A stretch of 64,000 bases of DNA from Nitrospirota bacterium (GTDB taxonomy: Bacteria; Nitrospirota; JACRHJ01), in the NCBI GenBank assembly GCA_963733375.1, contig CAVTDB010000001.1, positions 32,268-96,267 of the forward strand, given 5' to 3'. The notes beneath the pieces are model-generated. The model worked only from the letters and a program-made list of their open reading frames with translations, had not been told where the DNA came from and ran no database searches. Positions 52,196 to 62,706 of the stretch are shown here, one piece after another; positions within the stretch are counted from its first letter, which is position 1; each line of letters starts with the position of its first letter. The position numbers and the translations under genes were made by a program.

Positions 52196-52229
52196 CCTGA
52201 ATAATCCTTTCTAATACGGGCGGTTTCGA

Positions 52230-53670
52230 ATGTTATCCAGAATACTTATAATCAGCACCAACCGGGAGATGTCACCCCAGCCGGTGGCCCCGGCGGGCGC
52301 GGCATGGATCGCGGAGGCGCTGTCAGGGGCCGGTTTCGATACGCGGCTTTTGGACCTGTCCTTCGAAAAGGACCCTGTTCGCCGCGTAATAAAGGCGCTG
52401 AACGACTGGAAGCCCGAAGGTATCGGGATCTCCGTGCGCAACGCCGATAACGGCGACTTCCTCTCTCCCAGGAGCTTTCTGCCGGACGTAAAGGAAATCA
52501 CGGAAGCCATAAAGCAGAACAGCTCCGCGCGCATCATCATCGGCGGGCCGGGAGTCAGTATAATGCCCCGCGAGATGCTGGACTACCTCGGGCTGGACTG
52601 GGCGTGCATGGGAGAGGGCGAGGAGGCGGTGGTCGCGTTTTTCAATGCTCAAAAACCCGAAGACGTCGCGGATTTTCCGGGCATCGTCTCTAATAAATGC
52701 CTGCTGGCGTGGAATGAGCGCAAGGAGTGGATAAGCCCGGACACGGTCCGGCCTAAGCTCCACGGCTGGGTGGACGTAAAGAGGTATCTTAATTTCGAGC
52801 CCGTGCTGCCGGTGCAGGGGAAAAGGGGCTGCGCGAACAACTGCCTGTACTGCACGTATAACCGCATCGAGGGACGGTCCTGGAGGTTAAGGGAGCCGTC
52901 GGCGGTGGCGGAGGAGATTTCGGAACTGATACTGCGCACGGGCGCCCGGACGTTCGAGTTCGTGGACAGCATATTCAACCAGCCCGAAGGTTACATGGAG
53001 GAGCTCCTGGAGGAGCTTATCAGGTGGGACCTGAAGGCGAAATTCCACGTTTCGTCCATGACTCCGAAGGGACTTGACGAAAAAGCAGGTCGCCCTGATG
53101 GAACGCGCCGGCATAACCGCGGTGGGCATAACGCCGGAATCCGCCGCCGACGAAACGCTCACCTCCCTCCGGAAGGGGTTTACGGAAGCCGAGGTGCAAA
53201 ATGCGGCGGAGCTGCTTAAAAACTCGTCCATCAAGGCGCTCTGGTGCTTCCTCATGGGCGGCCCCAAAGAAGACGAACTGACCGTAAAAAAGACGCTCGA
53301 TTTTATAAACGGAAGGATCCCGGCGAAGGACAAGGCTTTTTTGACGACCGGCATCCGGATTTATCCGCACACCGGGATGCACGAACGGGCCCTGAAGGAG
53401 GGAGTGGTCTCACCCTCGGATTCGTTGCTTATGCCGACTTTCTATTTTACTGAAAAACTCTCGCCCGAAGAGATGAGGGGCATTATAAAGAGCCGCCTCA
53501 CGGACAGCCGCAAAGTTATTTTCCTTAGCGATACGAACTTCCCGTCACTTGGCGCGCTTCGCTGGATGGGCACGAAACTCCGTCTCCCCTCGCCTTTCTG
53601 GAGCTATGCGAACTACATGAACTTGATGCTGTCCGGCAGAAGGGTGATAAACAGGGAGTGGGAGAGGTAG
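52230..53670 (+). CDS. B12-binding-domain radical SAM protein, frameshifted near 53085
   Basis: The N-terminal B12-binding-like domain, GKRGCANNCLYCTY (CxxxCxxC) and the C-terminal half in ORF 53074-53670 are colinear. Confidence 0.82.
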
Positions 53671-53765
53671 CCCGCCGGGCTTGACTTTTGACGTGTTGCT
53701 AAGCCGCGCAATGGACGCGGCATGCCCGAAAACGTCTTTAAAAACATCCCAACACTCCAAATCTA

Positions 53766-53795
53766 TTGACATCACTACGATTTTCATGATATAAA
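53766..53795 (+). promoter_or_regulatory. sigma70-like promoter for ndk
   Basis: TTGACA (53766-53771) - 17/18 nt - ATATAA/TATAAA. AGGAGG RBS at 53819-53824. Confidence 0.5.
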
Positions 53796-53835
53796 ACTCT
53801 TTTACCAAAACATTTACAGGAGGCTTTGGACAGGC

Positions 53836-54259
53836 ATGTCAATTGAACGGACACTTTCGATAGTAAAACCGGACGGAGTCAAACAGGGCAACATCGGCGG
53901 CGTCGTCTCGACATTTGAGAAGAACGGCCTCAAGATTGCGGCCATGAAGATGATATATATGGATAAGAAAGCGGCGGAAGGTTTCTATGCCGTGCATCAG
54001 GGAGAGGCCGTTTTTCGGCTCGCTCACCGATTTCATGTCCTCCGGGCCATGCGTCGTGATGGTGCTTGAAGGCGAGAGCGCCATAGCGAAAAACCGCGAG
54101 CTGATGGGCGCCACGAACCCGGCCAACGCAGCCGATGGGACGCTCCGGAAGCAGTTCGCGACCTCCGTGGAGCAGAACGTCGTGCACGGCTCGGACGCGC
54201 CGGAGACGGCGAAGTTCGAGATATCTTATTTTTTCAATGCGCTGGAGATAGTGGGATAA
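53836..54259 (+). CDS. ndk: nucleoside diphosphate kinase, frameshifted at the G-run 54000-54002
   Basis: [21 protein letters not shown] joins [31 protein letters not shown] (catalytic His) if one G is removed. Confidence 0.92.
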
Positions 54260-54340
54260 TTTTCAATCACTTTAATCCTTCCCGGGCACCCGTCAAAGAC
54301 GGGTCGGACGGGGGACTGAAGTGGGGGCTGGAGGCTGATA

Positions 54341-56152
54341 TTGTATTACGAAGAGCAGGGTGAAAGCAGGAACAGGCTCCTTAAGGAGCACATGAAGTTC
54401 GAGCTCCAGGACGTATCGGAGCCTAACCTGTTCCGGGAATACTTCCCGTATTCGGAGGTGCCGAAACTCCCCTTTTCCGACCGGGTCGTGCCGAAAGAGC
54501 TCCCGAAGGATATTTTCATAACCGACACCACGTTCCGGGACGGCCAGCAGTCGCGCCCGCCTTATACCCCGCAGGAGATGGTCACGATCTTCGATTTCCT
54601 GCACCGTATGAGCGGCCCGAACGGCGTAATCCGGCAGACGGAGTTCTTCCTGTACTCGGACAAGGACAAGGAGGCGGTCAGGCTGTGCATGGAGCGCGGC
54701 TACCGTTTCCCGGAGATAACCGGCTGGATACGGGCGGTCAAGAGCGATTTTCAGCTCGTGAAAGAAATGGGCCTCAAGGAGACCGGCATCCTGGTATCCT
54801 GCTCGGACTATCACATATTCCTGAAGCTGAACATGACCAGAAGCAAGGCGATGGAGCAGTATATCTCCGTCATAAAGGCCGCGCTCGATTCCGGCATCGT
54901 TCCCCGCTGCCATTTCGAGGATATCACCCGCGCGGACTTCTTCGGTTTCGTGATACCGTTCGCCCAGGAGCTGATGAGGCTCTCGGAGGAAGCGCGCATA
55001 CCCATCAAAATCAGGGCGTGCGATACCATGGGCTACGGCGTCCCGTATTCCGGCGCGGCGCTGCCGAGGGGCGTGCCGGAGATAATGTACTGCCTCAGGC
55101 ATTATGCGGGCGTCCCTTCCGAACTCCTGGAATGGCACGGGCATAACGACTTCCATAAGGGCCTTATCAATGCCACGACCGCATGGCTCTACGGCTGCTC
55201 GTCGGCAAACGGCGCGCTCCTCGGTTTCGGCGAGCGCACCGGCAATACTCCCGTGGAGGCCCTCCTCGTGGAATACACGAGCCTGCTGGGCGCGACCAAC
55301 GGCGCCGACCTTTCCGCCATAACCGACATGGCGTCATACTTCCAGCGCGAGCTGAGGTTCCATATCCCGACCAACTATCCGTTTGTAGGCGCGGACTTCA
55401 ATAACACCGCCGCGGGCATACACGCGGACGGCGCGATGAAGAACGAGGAGATCTATAACATCTTCGACACCACGAAGCTTCTGAACAGGCCGATGGGCGT
55501 CATCATCACGGACAAGTCCGGCATAGCCGGAATCGCGCTGTGGGTCAACGGACATCTTGCCCTGTCGGGAGAGAAAGCGGTGGACAAGCGCCATCCCGGC
55601 ATAGCGAAGATACACAAGTGGGTCATGGAGCAGTACGCCCAGGGACGCACGACCAACATCTCCCGCGACGAAATGGCGGAGAAGGTAAAAAAATACCTGT
55701 CCGAGTTCATGGTGTCGGACTTAGACGTCATAAAGCAGAAGGCGAAGGATATAGCCGTACACTTAATCGAGGCCGTGGTGGCGGAAGAGGCCTTCAAGAG
55801 GATAGACAAAAAGGAGATGGAGAAGTCTCTCCAGAAGCTCCTGGACGAGAACCCGTTCATCCAGTTCGCATACGTAGTGAATACGGACGGCAAGAAGGTC
55901 ACAAAGAACCTTACCCAGATAATCGACCGGGCCACCTATGAGCATTACGGCCTGGACGAGGACTTCTCCGACAGGAGCTGGTTCATAAACCCGATGAAAG
56001 ACGGAAAGACTTTCGTGACGAACTTCTACACCTCGAAGATAACAGGCGCGCTCGCCATAACCGTCTCCACGCCCATCAGGGACCATGAGGACGACATAAT
56101 AGGCGTGCTGGGCATAGACATGAAGTTCGAGGATCTGGTGAAGGCAGAGTAA
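54341..56152 (+). CDS. Re-citrate synthase-like / homocitrate-isopropylmalate synthase family enzyme with a C-terminal Cache/PAS-like domain (start uncertain, possibly the Met at MKFELQD)
   Basis: FITDTTFRDGQQ and HGHNDFHKG are DRE-TIM metallolyase motifs. C-terminal ..VVNTDGKKV..DFSDRSWFINPMKDGK..FYTSKITGALAITVSTPI..IIGVLGIDM follows a Cache-like pattern. Confidence 0.7.
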   Translation: MYYEEQGESRNRLLKEHMKFELQDVSEPNLFREYFPYSEVPKLPFSDRVVPKELPKDIFITDTTFRDGQQSRPPYTPQEMVTIFDFLHRMSGPNGVIRQTEFFLYSDKDKEAVRLCMERGYRFPEITGWIRAVKSDFQLVKEMGLKETGILVSCSDYHIFLKLNMTRSKAMEQYISVIKAALDSGIVPRCHFEDITRADFFGFVIPFAQELMRLSEEARIPIKIRACDTMGYGVPYSGAALPRGVPEIMYCLRHYAGVPSELLEWHGHNDFHKGLINATTAWLYGCSSANGALLGFGERTGNTPVEALLVEYTSLLGATNGADLSAITDMASYFQRELRFHIPTNYPFVGADFNNTAAGIHADGAMKNEEIYNIFDTTKLLNRPMGVIITDKSGIAGIALWVNGHLALSGEKAVDKRHPGIAKIHKWVMEQYAQGRTTNISRDEMAEKVKKYLSEFMVSDLDVIKQKAKDIAVHLIEAVVAEEAFKRIDKKEMEKSLQKLLDENPFIQFAYVVNTDGKKVTKNLTQIIDRATYEHYGLDEDFSDRSWFINPMKDGKTFVTNFYTSKITGALAITVSTPIRDHEDDIIGVLGIDMKFEDLVKAE

Positions 56153-56170
56153 GAAGCCAGGGAAATAAGG

Positions 56171-56241
56171 CAAAAGCCGCGTCCGTGTTCCGTTTATCGT
56201 GTTAAAAAAGCATGAAAAGCGGGCGCGGGCGCGGCTTTTTT
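56171..56241 (+). terminator. probable terminator after the citrate-synthase-like gene
   Basis: AAAAGCCGCG ... CGCGGCTTTTTTG forms a long-range stem with a T-run. The loop is unusually long. Confidence 0.45.
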
Positions 56242-56312
56242 GTTATACTTGATATTTAATTTCAGTAAAAGCCTTACACGAACACCAACCACGAACACGA
56301 GATACGGCTTTT

Positions 56313-56909
56313 ATGGCCATTTCCGACAACCTCTTCTGGCGCAGGCTACATTCATTTACGGGCATTCTCCCGCTCGGCGGGTTCCTTTTGTTCCACCTAT
56401 ACGAGAACTCCTACTCGTACGGCGGGCCTGCATTCTACAACGAACACGTGCGCCCTTTAAGGCAAATCCCCTACCTCCTATTGATAGAGGCTATTGTCAT
56501 CTATATCCCCCTCGCCTACCACGCGTTTTACGGGGTATATATCTGGTCCACGAACAAGAACAACATCCTTCAATACCGCTACTGCCGCAACTGGCTCTAT
56601 ACGCTCCAGCGGTGGACGGGCATTATCACACTGCTATTCGTGGTTTTCCACGTGATCGACCAGCGCCTCCGGCCTTCGCCGTCGTTTGAGAACGTGGCGG
56701 GCTCTCTGCACAATCCGATGTTCCTTCTGTTTTATATAATCGGCGTCAGCGCGGCGGCGTTTCACTTGGGGAACGGCTTCTGGAACGCGCTCATCAAGTG
56801 GGGCTTCACCTCCGGCCAGAGGAGCCAGAAAATAACCGCTATTGCCTTTACGGCGTTCTGGGTAGTGCTCGGCGCGGTGGGGATTCGGGCGCTGGTAAAT
56901 TTTTTATAA
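56313..56909 (+). CDS. sdhC: succinate dehydrogenase/fumarate reductase cytochrome b subunit (b558 family, type B)
   Basis: 198 aa ORF with five TM helices and conserved His residues (LFHLYEN, AYHAFYG, VFHVIDQ, AFHLGNG). Confidence 0.85.
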   Translation: MAISDNLFWRRLHSFTGILPLGGFLLFHLYENSYSYGGPAFYNEHVRPLRQIPYLLLIEAIVIYIPLAYHAFYGVYIWSTNKNNILQYRYCRNWLYTLQRWTGIITLLFVVFHVIDQRLRPSPSFENVAGSLHNPMFLLFYIIGVSAAAFHLGNGFWNALIKWGFTSGQRSQKITAIAFTAFWVVLGAVGIRALVNFL

Positions 56910-56924
56910 TTTTGTGGAGAGGGA

Positions 56925-57393
56925 TAAAGGGAGAACCAGGAAGTAATCACTTCCAAAGTTCTCTTCAAAAAATAATTTGATGACAAATTATTTAAAAATA
57001 TTTTTGAGCGGCTTTATATTATCTTTTTCACTTGGGAACGTATCTCAAACAACTATAAAAGTTGATAGTTTCACAATCTATTATGTACCTCTTGAAATAC
57101 AGTTTTATGTCCCGCCAACCCCGGAGTATATTGAAAAGCATGGGACTAAAATTCAAATAAAGTCAAACATGTTGACTGATTTATATAATAAAATAAAACG
57201 AAAATTCTAAATTTATTGTTTCAAATGAAGATATGAAAAGTTTGAGGGTGAAGATTCAAAGAGATAAAGATGGGAAGATTATCTATATAACCAGTGACAA
57301 ACATATTCTGTCGAATGGGAAAAGACTTACTGTAGACAAATTGATAGTTGATTCAGTTTTGAAAGAAATAAAAGAAAACATCAAACAAAAAAA
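56925..57393. other. AT-rich block 4 inserted between sdhC and sdhA
   Basis: Base composition drops abruptly. The block contains two small same-strand ORFs. Confidence 0.65.
56977..57210 (+). CDS. hypothetical small protein with an N-terminal hydrophobic segment
   Basis: 77 aa AT-rich ORF (MMTNYLKIFLSGFILSFSLG..). Confidence 0.4.
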   Translation: MMTNYLKIFLSGFILSFSLGNVSQTTIKVDSFTIYYVPLEIQFYVPPTPEYIEKHGTKIQIKSNMLTDLYNKIKRKF

Positions 57394-57397
57394 ATGA
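57233..57397 (+). CDS. hypothetical 54-aa basic protein
   Basis: Manual translation is MKSLRVKIQRDKDGKIIYITSDKHILSNGKRLTVDKLIVDSVLKEIKENIKQKK*. The stop overlaps the sdhA ATG (ATGA). Confidence 0.35.
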   Translation: MKSLRVKIQRDKDGKIIYITSDKHILSNGKRLTVDKLIVDSVLKEIKENIKQKK

Positions 57398-59142
57398 CAC
57401 AACAATTAAACATAGCGATTATCGGCGGCGGGCTCGCGGGCTTGATGTCCGCGATAAAGGTCGCGGAGTCGGGGAATAAGGTGAAGCTTTTCGCCATCCA
57501 GCCGACCCGCCGCTCGCACTCCGTCTGCGCCCAGGGCGGGATAAACGCCGCAAAGAACTTGAAGGGCGAAGACGACTCCGTCTGGAAGCATTTCGACGAC
57601 ACCGTATATAGCGGGGATTTCCTGGCCAACCAGCCGCCGGTTTTGAAGATGTGCGAGGCCGCGCCGTTTATTATCGACTTGACCGACCGGATGGGCGTGA
57701 TGTACAACCGCACGCCGGAGGGCCTGCTCGACTTCCGCCGTTTCGGGGGCACGAAATATCACCGCACGGCGTTCGCGGGCACCACTACCGGCCAGCAACT
57801 GGTCTATGCGCTGGACGAGCAGGTGCGGCGGTTCGAGGCGGCTGGCCTGGTGGAGAAATACGAGAACTGGGAGTTCCTCTCCCCCGTACTGGACGACTCA
57901 GGTACCTGCCGAGGGATTGTCGCGCTCAATTTATATACGATGGAACTAAAGGCGTTTCCAGCCGACGCGGTAATCGCGGCCACGGGGGGCATCGGCGCGA
58001 TATTCGGCAAGAGCACCAACTCCATCGTCAACACCGGGAGCGCCGCGTCCATCCTCTATCAGGCAGGCGTCGTATATGCTAACCCGGAGATGGTGCAGGT
58101 GCATCCCACGGCCATGCCCGGCGAGGATAAGCTCCGGCTGATATCGGAGTCCGCGCGTGGCGAAGGCGGACGGATATGGGTGCCGAAGGACGGGAAGCCC
58201 TGGTACTTCCTGGAGGAGTGGTATCCCGACTACGGAAACCTTGTCCCCAGGGACGTGGCTTCGCGGGCGATATTCAAGGTAGTGTACGAGATGGGACTCG
58301 GCGTGGACGGACAGCCTTTGGTCTATCTAGACATCTCGAACCTCCCGAAAGAGCAGCTGGAAACACGGCTCTTCGGGATAATGGAAATTTATCAGACATA
58401 TACCGGGGCGGACCCGCGCAAGGTCCCGATGCAGGTATTCCCCGGAGTGCATTACAACATGGGCGGGCTCTGGGTGGACTATGACATGGGGACCAATATA
58501 CCGGGCCTCTTTGCCGCCGGTGAAGCTGAGTATCAGCACCACGGGGCAAACCGCCTGGGCGCGAACTCGCTCGTCTCATGCATCTACGACGGCATCGTGG
58601 CCGGGCCTTCGGCGGTCGCGTACGCATCCGGACTCAAAACCCGCTCCGAGGAACTGCCCGCATCGCTTTTCGAGGCGGAGGTTAAAAGGCAATCCGAAAT
58701 AAATTCCCGGCTGCTCAAAAAAGACGGGAAGGAGAAGCCTCTACTCCCTGTACCACGAGATGGGCGAGGTGATGCGGGAGAACGTGACGGTCGTACGGCA
58801 TAATGACAAGCTCCGGGTTACCGATACGAAGCTAAATGAGCTAATGGAACGGTATAATGATATAAACGTGCTGGACGACTCCAGTCGAAGTAAACCAGTG
58901 CCTGGTGTTCGCGCGGGAGCTCTGGAACATGCTCACCCTCGCGCGTGCGATAACGCTCGCGGCGCTGTCGACGTAACGAATCACGCGGCGCGCATTACAA
59001 GCCGGAGTTTCCAAAACGGGACGACGAAAACTGGCTGAAGACGACGAAGGCTTTTTATACGCCTGAAGGGCCGCGTTTCGAGTACGAGCCGGTGGACATA
59101 TCGCTTTTAGAGCCGCGCGAGCGGCATTACGAACTCGAATAA
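57394..59142 (+). CDS. sdhA: succinate dehydrogenase/fumarate reductase flavoprotein subunit, at least three frameshifts (about 58745, 58885, 58975)
   Basis: IIGGGLAGL FAD fold, SHSVCAQGGINA, HPTAM and HYNMGG. The manually recovered tail ESRGAHYKPEFPKRDDENWLKTT..ERHYELE* ends at 59142. Confidence 0.92.
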
Positions 59143-59149
59143 AACGGAA

Positions 59150-59908
59150 GTGAAAATGAACCCGGGCGAGAAGTTCATAGCGAGGATAAAACGGCAGGAA
59201 GACTCCGGCTCCAGGCCCTGGTGGGAGGAGTTCGAGCTTGTCTTTCGCCCCGGCATGAACGTCATCATCGCGCTAATGGACATACAGAAAAAACCCGTCA
59301 CCCGTGAAGGCAAAAAGACGAAGCCCGTCTCATGGGAATGCTCGTGCCTTGAGGAAGTATGCGGGGCCTGCGCGATGATAATAAACGGCGTGCCCCGGCA
59401 GGCGTGCAGCACGTTGATAGAAGGACTTAAGACGCCGCTTATGATAGAGCCGCTGACCAAGTTCCCGCTGGTGAAGGACCTGGTCGTGGACCGTCACTCG
59501 CTATTCGAGAACTTCAAAAAAATCCATGCCTGGATCCCGGTGGACCTGACATACGGCGCGGGTCCGGGGCCGAGGGTAAGCCAGGAGACCCAGAGGAAGG
59601 TATATCCCCTTTCGCGCTGCATCACCTGCGGGAACTGCCTGGAGGCCTGCCCGCAGGTAAATAACCGCTCGCCTTTCATGGGCGCGGCGGTCATGAACCA
59701 GGCGACGCTTATGGACTCGCACCCGACGGGCTACATGAACAGGACCGAAAGGCTTGCGGCAGTGCGCGCTAAAGGGGGCGTCGGCGACTGCGGGAACGCC
59801 CAGAACTGCGCGAGAGTCTGCCCGAAGGAGATACCGCTTGTGGATTCGATAGCGTGGCTTAACCGGGAGGCGATAATCGACGGCCTCCGCAGATGGCTGG
59901 AGAAATAA
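59150..59908 (+). CDS. sdhB: succinate dehydrogenase/fumarate reductase iron-sulfur subunit
   Basis: 252 aa ORF with the Cys clusters CLEEVCGACAM, CITCGNCLEACP and CGNAQNCARVCP. Confidence 0.93.
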   Translation: MKMNPGEKFIARIKRQEDSGSRPWWEEFELVFRPGMNVIIALMDIQKKPVTREGKKTKPVSWECSCLEEVCGACAMIINGVPRQACSTLIEGLKTPLMIEPLTKFPLVKDLVVDRHSLFENFKKIHAWIPVDLTYGAGPGPRVSQETQRKVYPLSRCITCGNCLEACPQVNNRSPFMGAAVMNQATLMDSHPTGYMNRTERLAAVRAKGGVGDCGNAQNCARVCPKEIPLVDSIAWLNREAIIDGLRRWLEK

Positions 59909-61076
59909 TGCGCCTGCACGAATACCAGGCAAAGGAAATACTGCAGAAGACCGGTATCCCGGTGCCGAGAGGCTTTCTCGCCTCCACTCCGGGCGAGGCC
60001 AAGTCGGCTTATGAAAACCTGGGGTCGCACCTGGTCGTCCTGAAGGCGCAGGTATTGGCCGGCGGCCGCGGGAAGGCCGGAGGGATAAAGACGGCGCACT
60101 CCGCGGAAGAGGCCCAGCACACCGCCTCGCAGATGCTGGGGCGCAGGCTGGTCACCTCCCAGAGCGGGCCGGAAGGCACGCCGGTGCGAAAACTCTTAAT
60201 CGAGGAAGGCGTGCCGGCGGAGAGCGAGTATTACGTTGCGGTAACCATCGACCGCGAACGAAGACAGCCCGTGATAATAGCCAGCGCGTCCGGCGGCATG
60301 GACATAGAGGAAGCGGCGAAAAAAACGCCGGAGAAGGTGGTCAAGGAATATATCGAGCCGGTATTCGGCCTCCAGCCGTACCAGGCCAGAAAAATAGCCT
60401 ACGGGCTAGGCATCCATGGAAACCTGGCGCAGGCCTTCGTGGACGTCCTTTTGAAGCTCCATATAATTTTCCTCGTCTCGGACCTGGAACTCGCGGAAAT
60501 AAACCCGCTCGTGAAGACGGAGGAAGAGCGTTTCGTGGCGCTGGACTCGAAGATGGTTGTGGACGACAGCGCCCTTTTCCGGCATGACGACTTTAAAAAA
60601 CTGGCCGACCCCCTGGACATGGACCCGCAGGAATACGAGGCCGCGAGGCCGGGGTAAATTACATAAAACTGAAAGGCAACATCGGCTGCATGGTAAACGG
60701 CGCGGGACTGGCGATGGCCACGATGGACCTGATAAAATCGGCTGGCGGAGAGCCCGCGAATTTTCTGGATGTCGGAGGCGGCGCGGATGCGGAACATATA
60801 AAAAGGGCGCTGGGGGTACTGGTCGCCGACCCGCATGTGGAGTCTGTCCTGGTGAATATATTCGGCGGGATACTCAGGTGCGACGTCCTGGCGGAAGGGA
60901 TCGTCCAGGCGGCCCGTGAGCTGAAGTTTACCGTCCCGATGGTGGTGCGGCTGGAAGGGACGAACAAGTCGGAGGGCGAGAAGATACTGAAGAGTTCCGG
61001 GCTTCCGATTCATTTTGCGGCGACGATGCGCGAGGCCGGCGAGATGGCGGTGCATTCGATAAGAAGCAACGCATAG
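59908..61076 (+). CDS. sucC: succinate--CoA ligase (ADP-forming) beta subunit, frameshifted near 60645
   Basis: [28 protein letters not shown], and then [24 protein letters not shown] in ORF 60690. The ATG overlaps the sdhB stop (TAATG). Confidence 0.93.
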
Positions 61077-61088
61077 GAGCGACAGTTA

Positions 61089-61971
61089 ATGGCCGTCCTC
61101 GTAAATAAAAATAACCGGGTGATCGTACAGGGACTGACCGGGCGCGAAGGCTCCTTCCACGCGAAGCAGATGCTGGACTACGGCACGCGCGTGGTAGGTG
61201 GAGTTACGCCGGGCAAGGGCGGGAAGGACGTATCGGGCCTCCCGGTATTCGACTCGGTGCACGAGGCGGTGCGGGAGACGGGAGCGGACGCTTCGGTGAT
61301 ATTCGTCCCGGCGCCGTATGCCTCCGACGCAATACTTGAGGCCGCGGATGCGGGTATCGGGCTTGTCGTGTGCATAACGGAGGGGATACCGGTGCACGAC
61401 ATGCTGGTAGTCGTCCGGGCGCTGGAAAATTCTCCTTGCCGGTTAATCGGCCCCAACTGCCCCGGCATTATCACGCCGGGTGAGTGCAAAATCGGCATCA
61501 TGCCCGGCTATATCCACAAGAAAGGGAATATCGGCGTCATATCGCGAAGCGGCACCCTCACCTATGAGGCGGTCTTTCAACTGACGGCTTTGGGTATTGG
61601 CCAGTCCACCTGCATAGGCATCGGGGGGGATCCCCTTATCGGCACGGATTTCGTGGACTGCCTTCGGCTTTTCGAAGACGACCAGGAGACGGAGGCCGTA
61701 CTGATGATAGGCGAGATAGGCGGCGCTGGCGGAGGAGCGGGCGGCGGATTATATAAAAAACGGCTCATTCACAAAACCGGTCTTCGCCTATATCGCCGGA
61801 CTGACCGCACCCGAAGGCCGGAGGATGGGCCATGCCGGGGCCATCATCTCGGGAGGCTCGGGCACGGCTGAGAAAAAAGTGGACGCCCTGGCTGACGCCG
61901 GTGTTAAAATAATAAAAGACCCTTCCGCCATAGGAGAATCGGTAAAGTCATTTAAAAAAAACGGAGGTTAG
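61089..61971 (+). CDS. sucD: succinate--CoA ligase alpha subunit, frameshifted near 61715
   Basis: [11 protein letters not shown] and SRSGTLTYE. The manually recovered tail [25 protein letters not shown] (catalytic His) ..KKNGG* ends at 61971. Confidence 0.93.
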
Positions 61972-61975
61972 TTCC

Positions 61976-62179
61976 ATGAAGATGCTTCTGCCCGTGATAG
62001 ACCCGGACCTGTGCACCGCCTGCGGGCTGTGCTGCGCGGCATGTCCTTACGAGGTGCTGGCGATGAAGGACGGACTTGCCGTCGTCGTGAGGCCGAAAGC
62101 CTGCAAGGACCTCGAGGCCTGCGTCAGCGCCTGCCCCACCGGCGCGATAACCATGGAAGAACAGGAAGTGCCAGACTGA
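61976..62179 (+). CDS. 2x[4Fe-4S]-type ferredoxin
   Basis: 67 aa ORF with CTACGLCCAACP and a second, atypical cluster CKDLEACVSACP. Confidence 0.8.
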   Translation: MKMLLPVIDPDLCTACGLCCAACPYEVLAMKDGLAVVVRPKACKDLEACVSACPTGAITMEEQEVPD

Positions 62180-62193
62180 AAAAGGAGGCTTTC

Positions 62194-62706
62194 TTGGCCG
62201 AAGATTTTTCTGATTCCAAAAGGAAGTTTTTGGGCTATGCGATTGCCGGGATGGCGGGTGCGGTGGCCATCGGCTACGCGATACCGCTCGCGCAGTATAT
62301 CGTAAAACCGGCGATGAAACAGACCGAGGAGCAGTGGTCTTTGCTGTGCTGTCTGCAGGATATGCAGGTGGACGAGCCGAAATCGATTACCTTTTACTCC
62401 AACCTGAAAATCGCATGGCAGACCGAGCGCGTCCAGCAGGATGTCTGGGTAGTTAAAAAACCCGATGGAAGCTACACCGTGTTCTCGCCCGTCTGCCCTC
62501 ACCTTGGCTGCGGGTATGCATGGAATGAGCAGGCGAAGCATTTCATCTGCCCATGCCACGGCAGCGTCTATGACATAAACGGAAAAGTGCTTGCCGGACC
62601 TGCACCCAGGCCGCTGGATACCCTGCCCACAAAAATCGCCGACGGAAAACTTTACGTGAAATACGAGAAGTTCCGCCTCGGAATACCTGAAAAGGTGTCT
62701 GCATAA
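62194..62706 (+). CDS. Rieske [2Fe-2S] subunit of a cytochrome bc-type complex
   Basis: AAGGAGG then TTG at 62194, followed by a TM helix. CPHLGC..CPCHGSVY is the Rieske signature. The stop overlaps the next ATG (TAATG). Confidence 0.85.
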   Translation: MAEDFSDSKRKFLGYAIAGMAGAVAIGYAIPLAQYIVKPAMKQTEEQWSLLCCLQDMQVDEPKSITFYSNLKIAWQTERVQQDVWVVKKPDGSYTVFSPVCPHLGCGYAWNEQAKHFICPCHGSVYDINGKVLAGPAPRPLDTLPTKIADGKLYVKYEKFRLGIPEKVSA

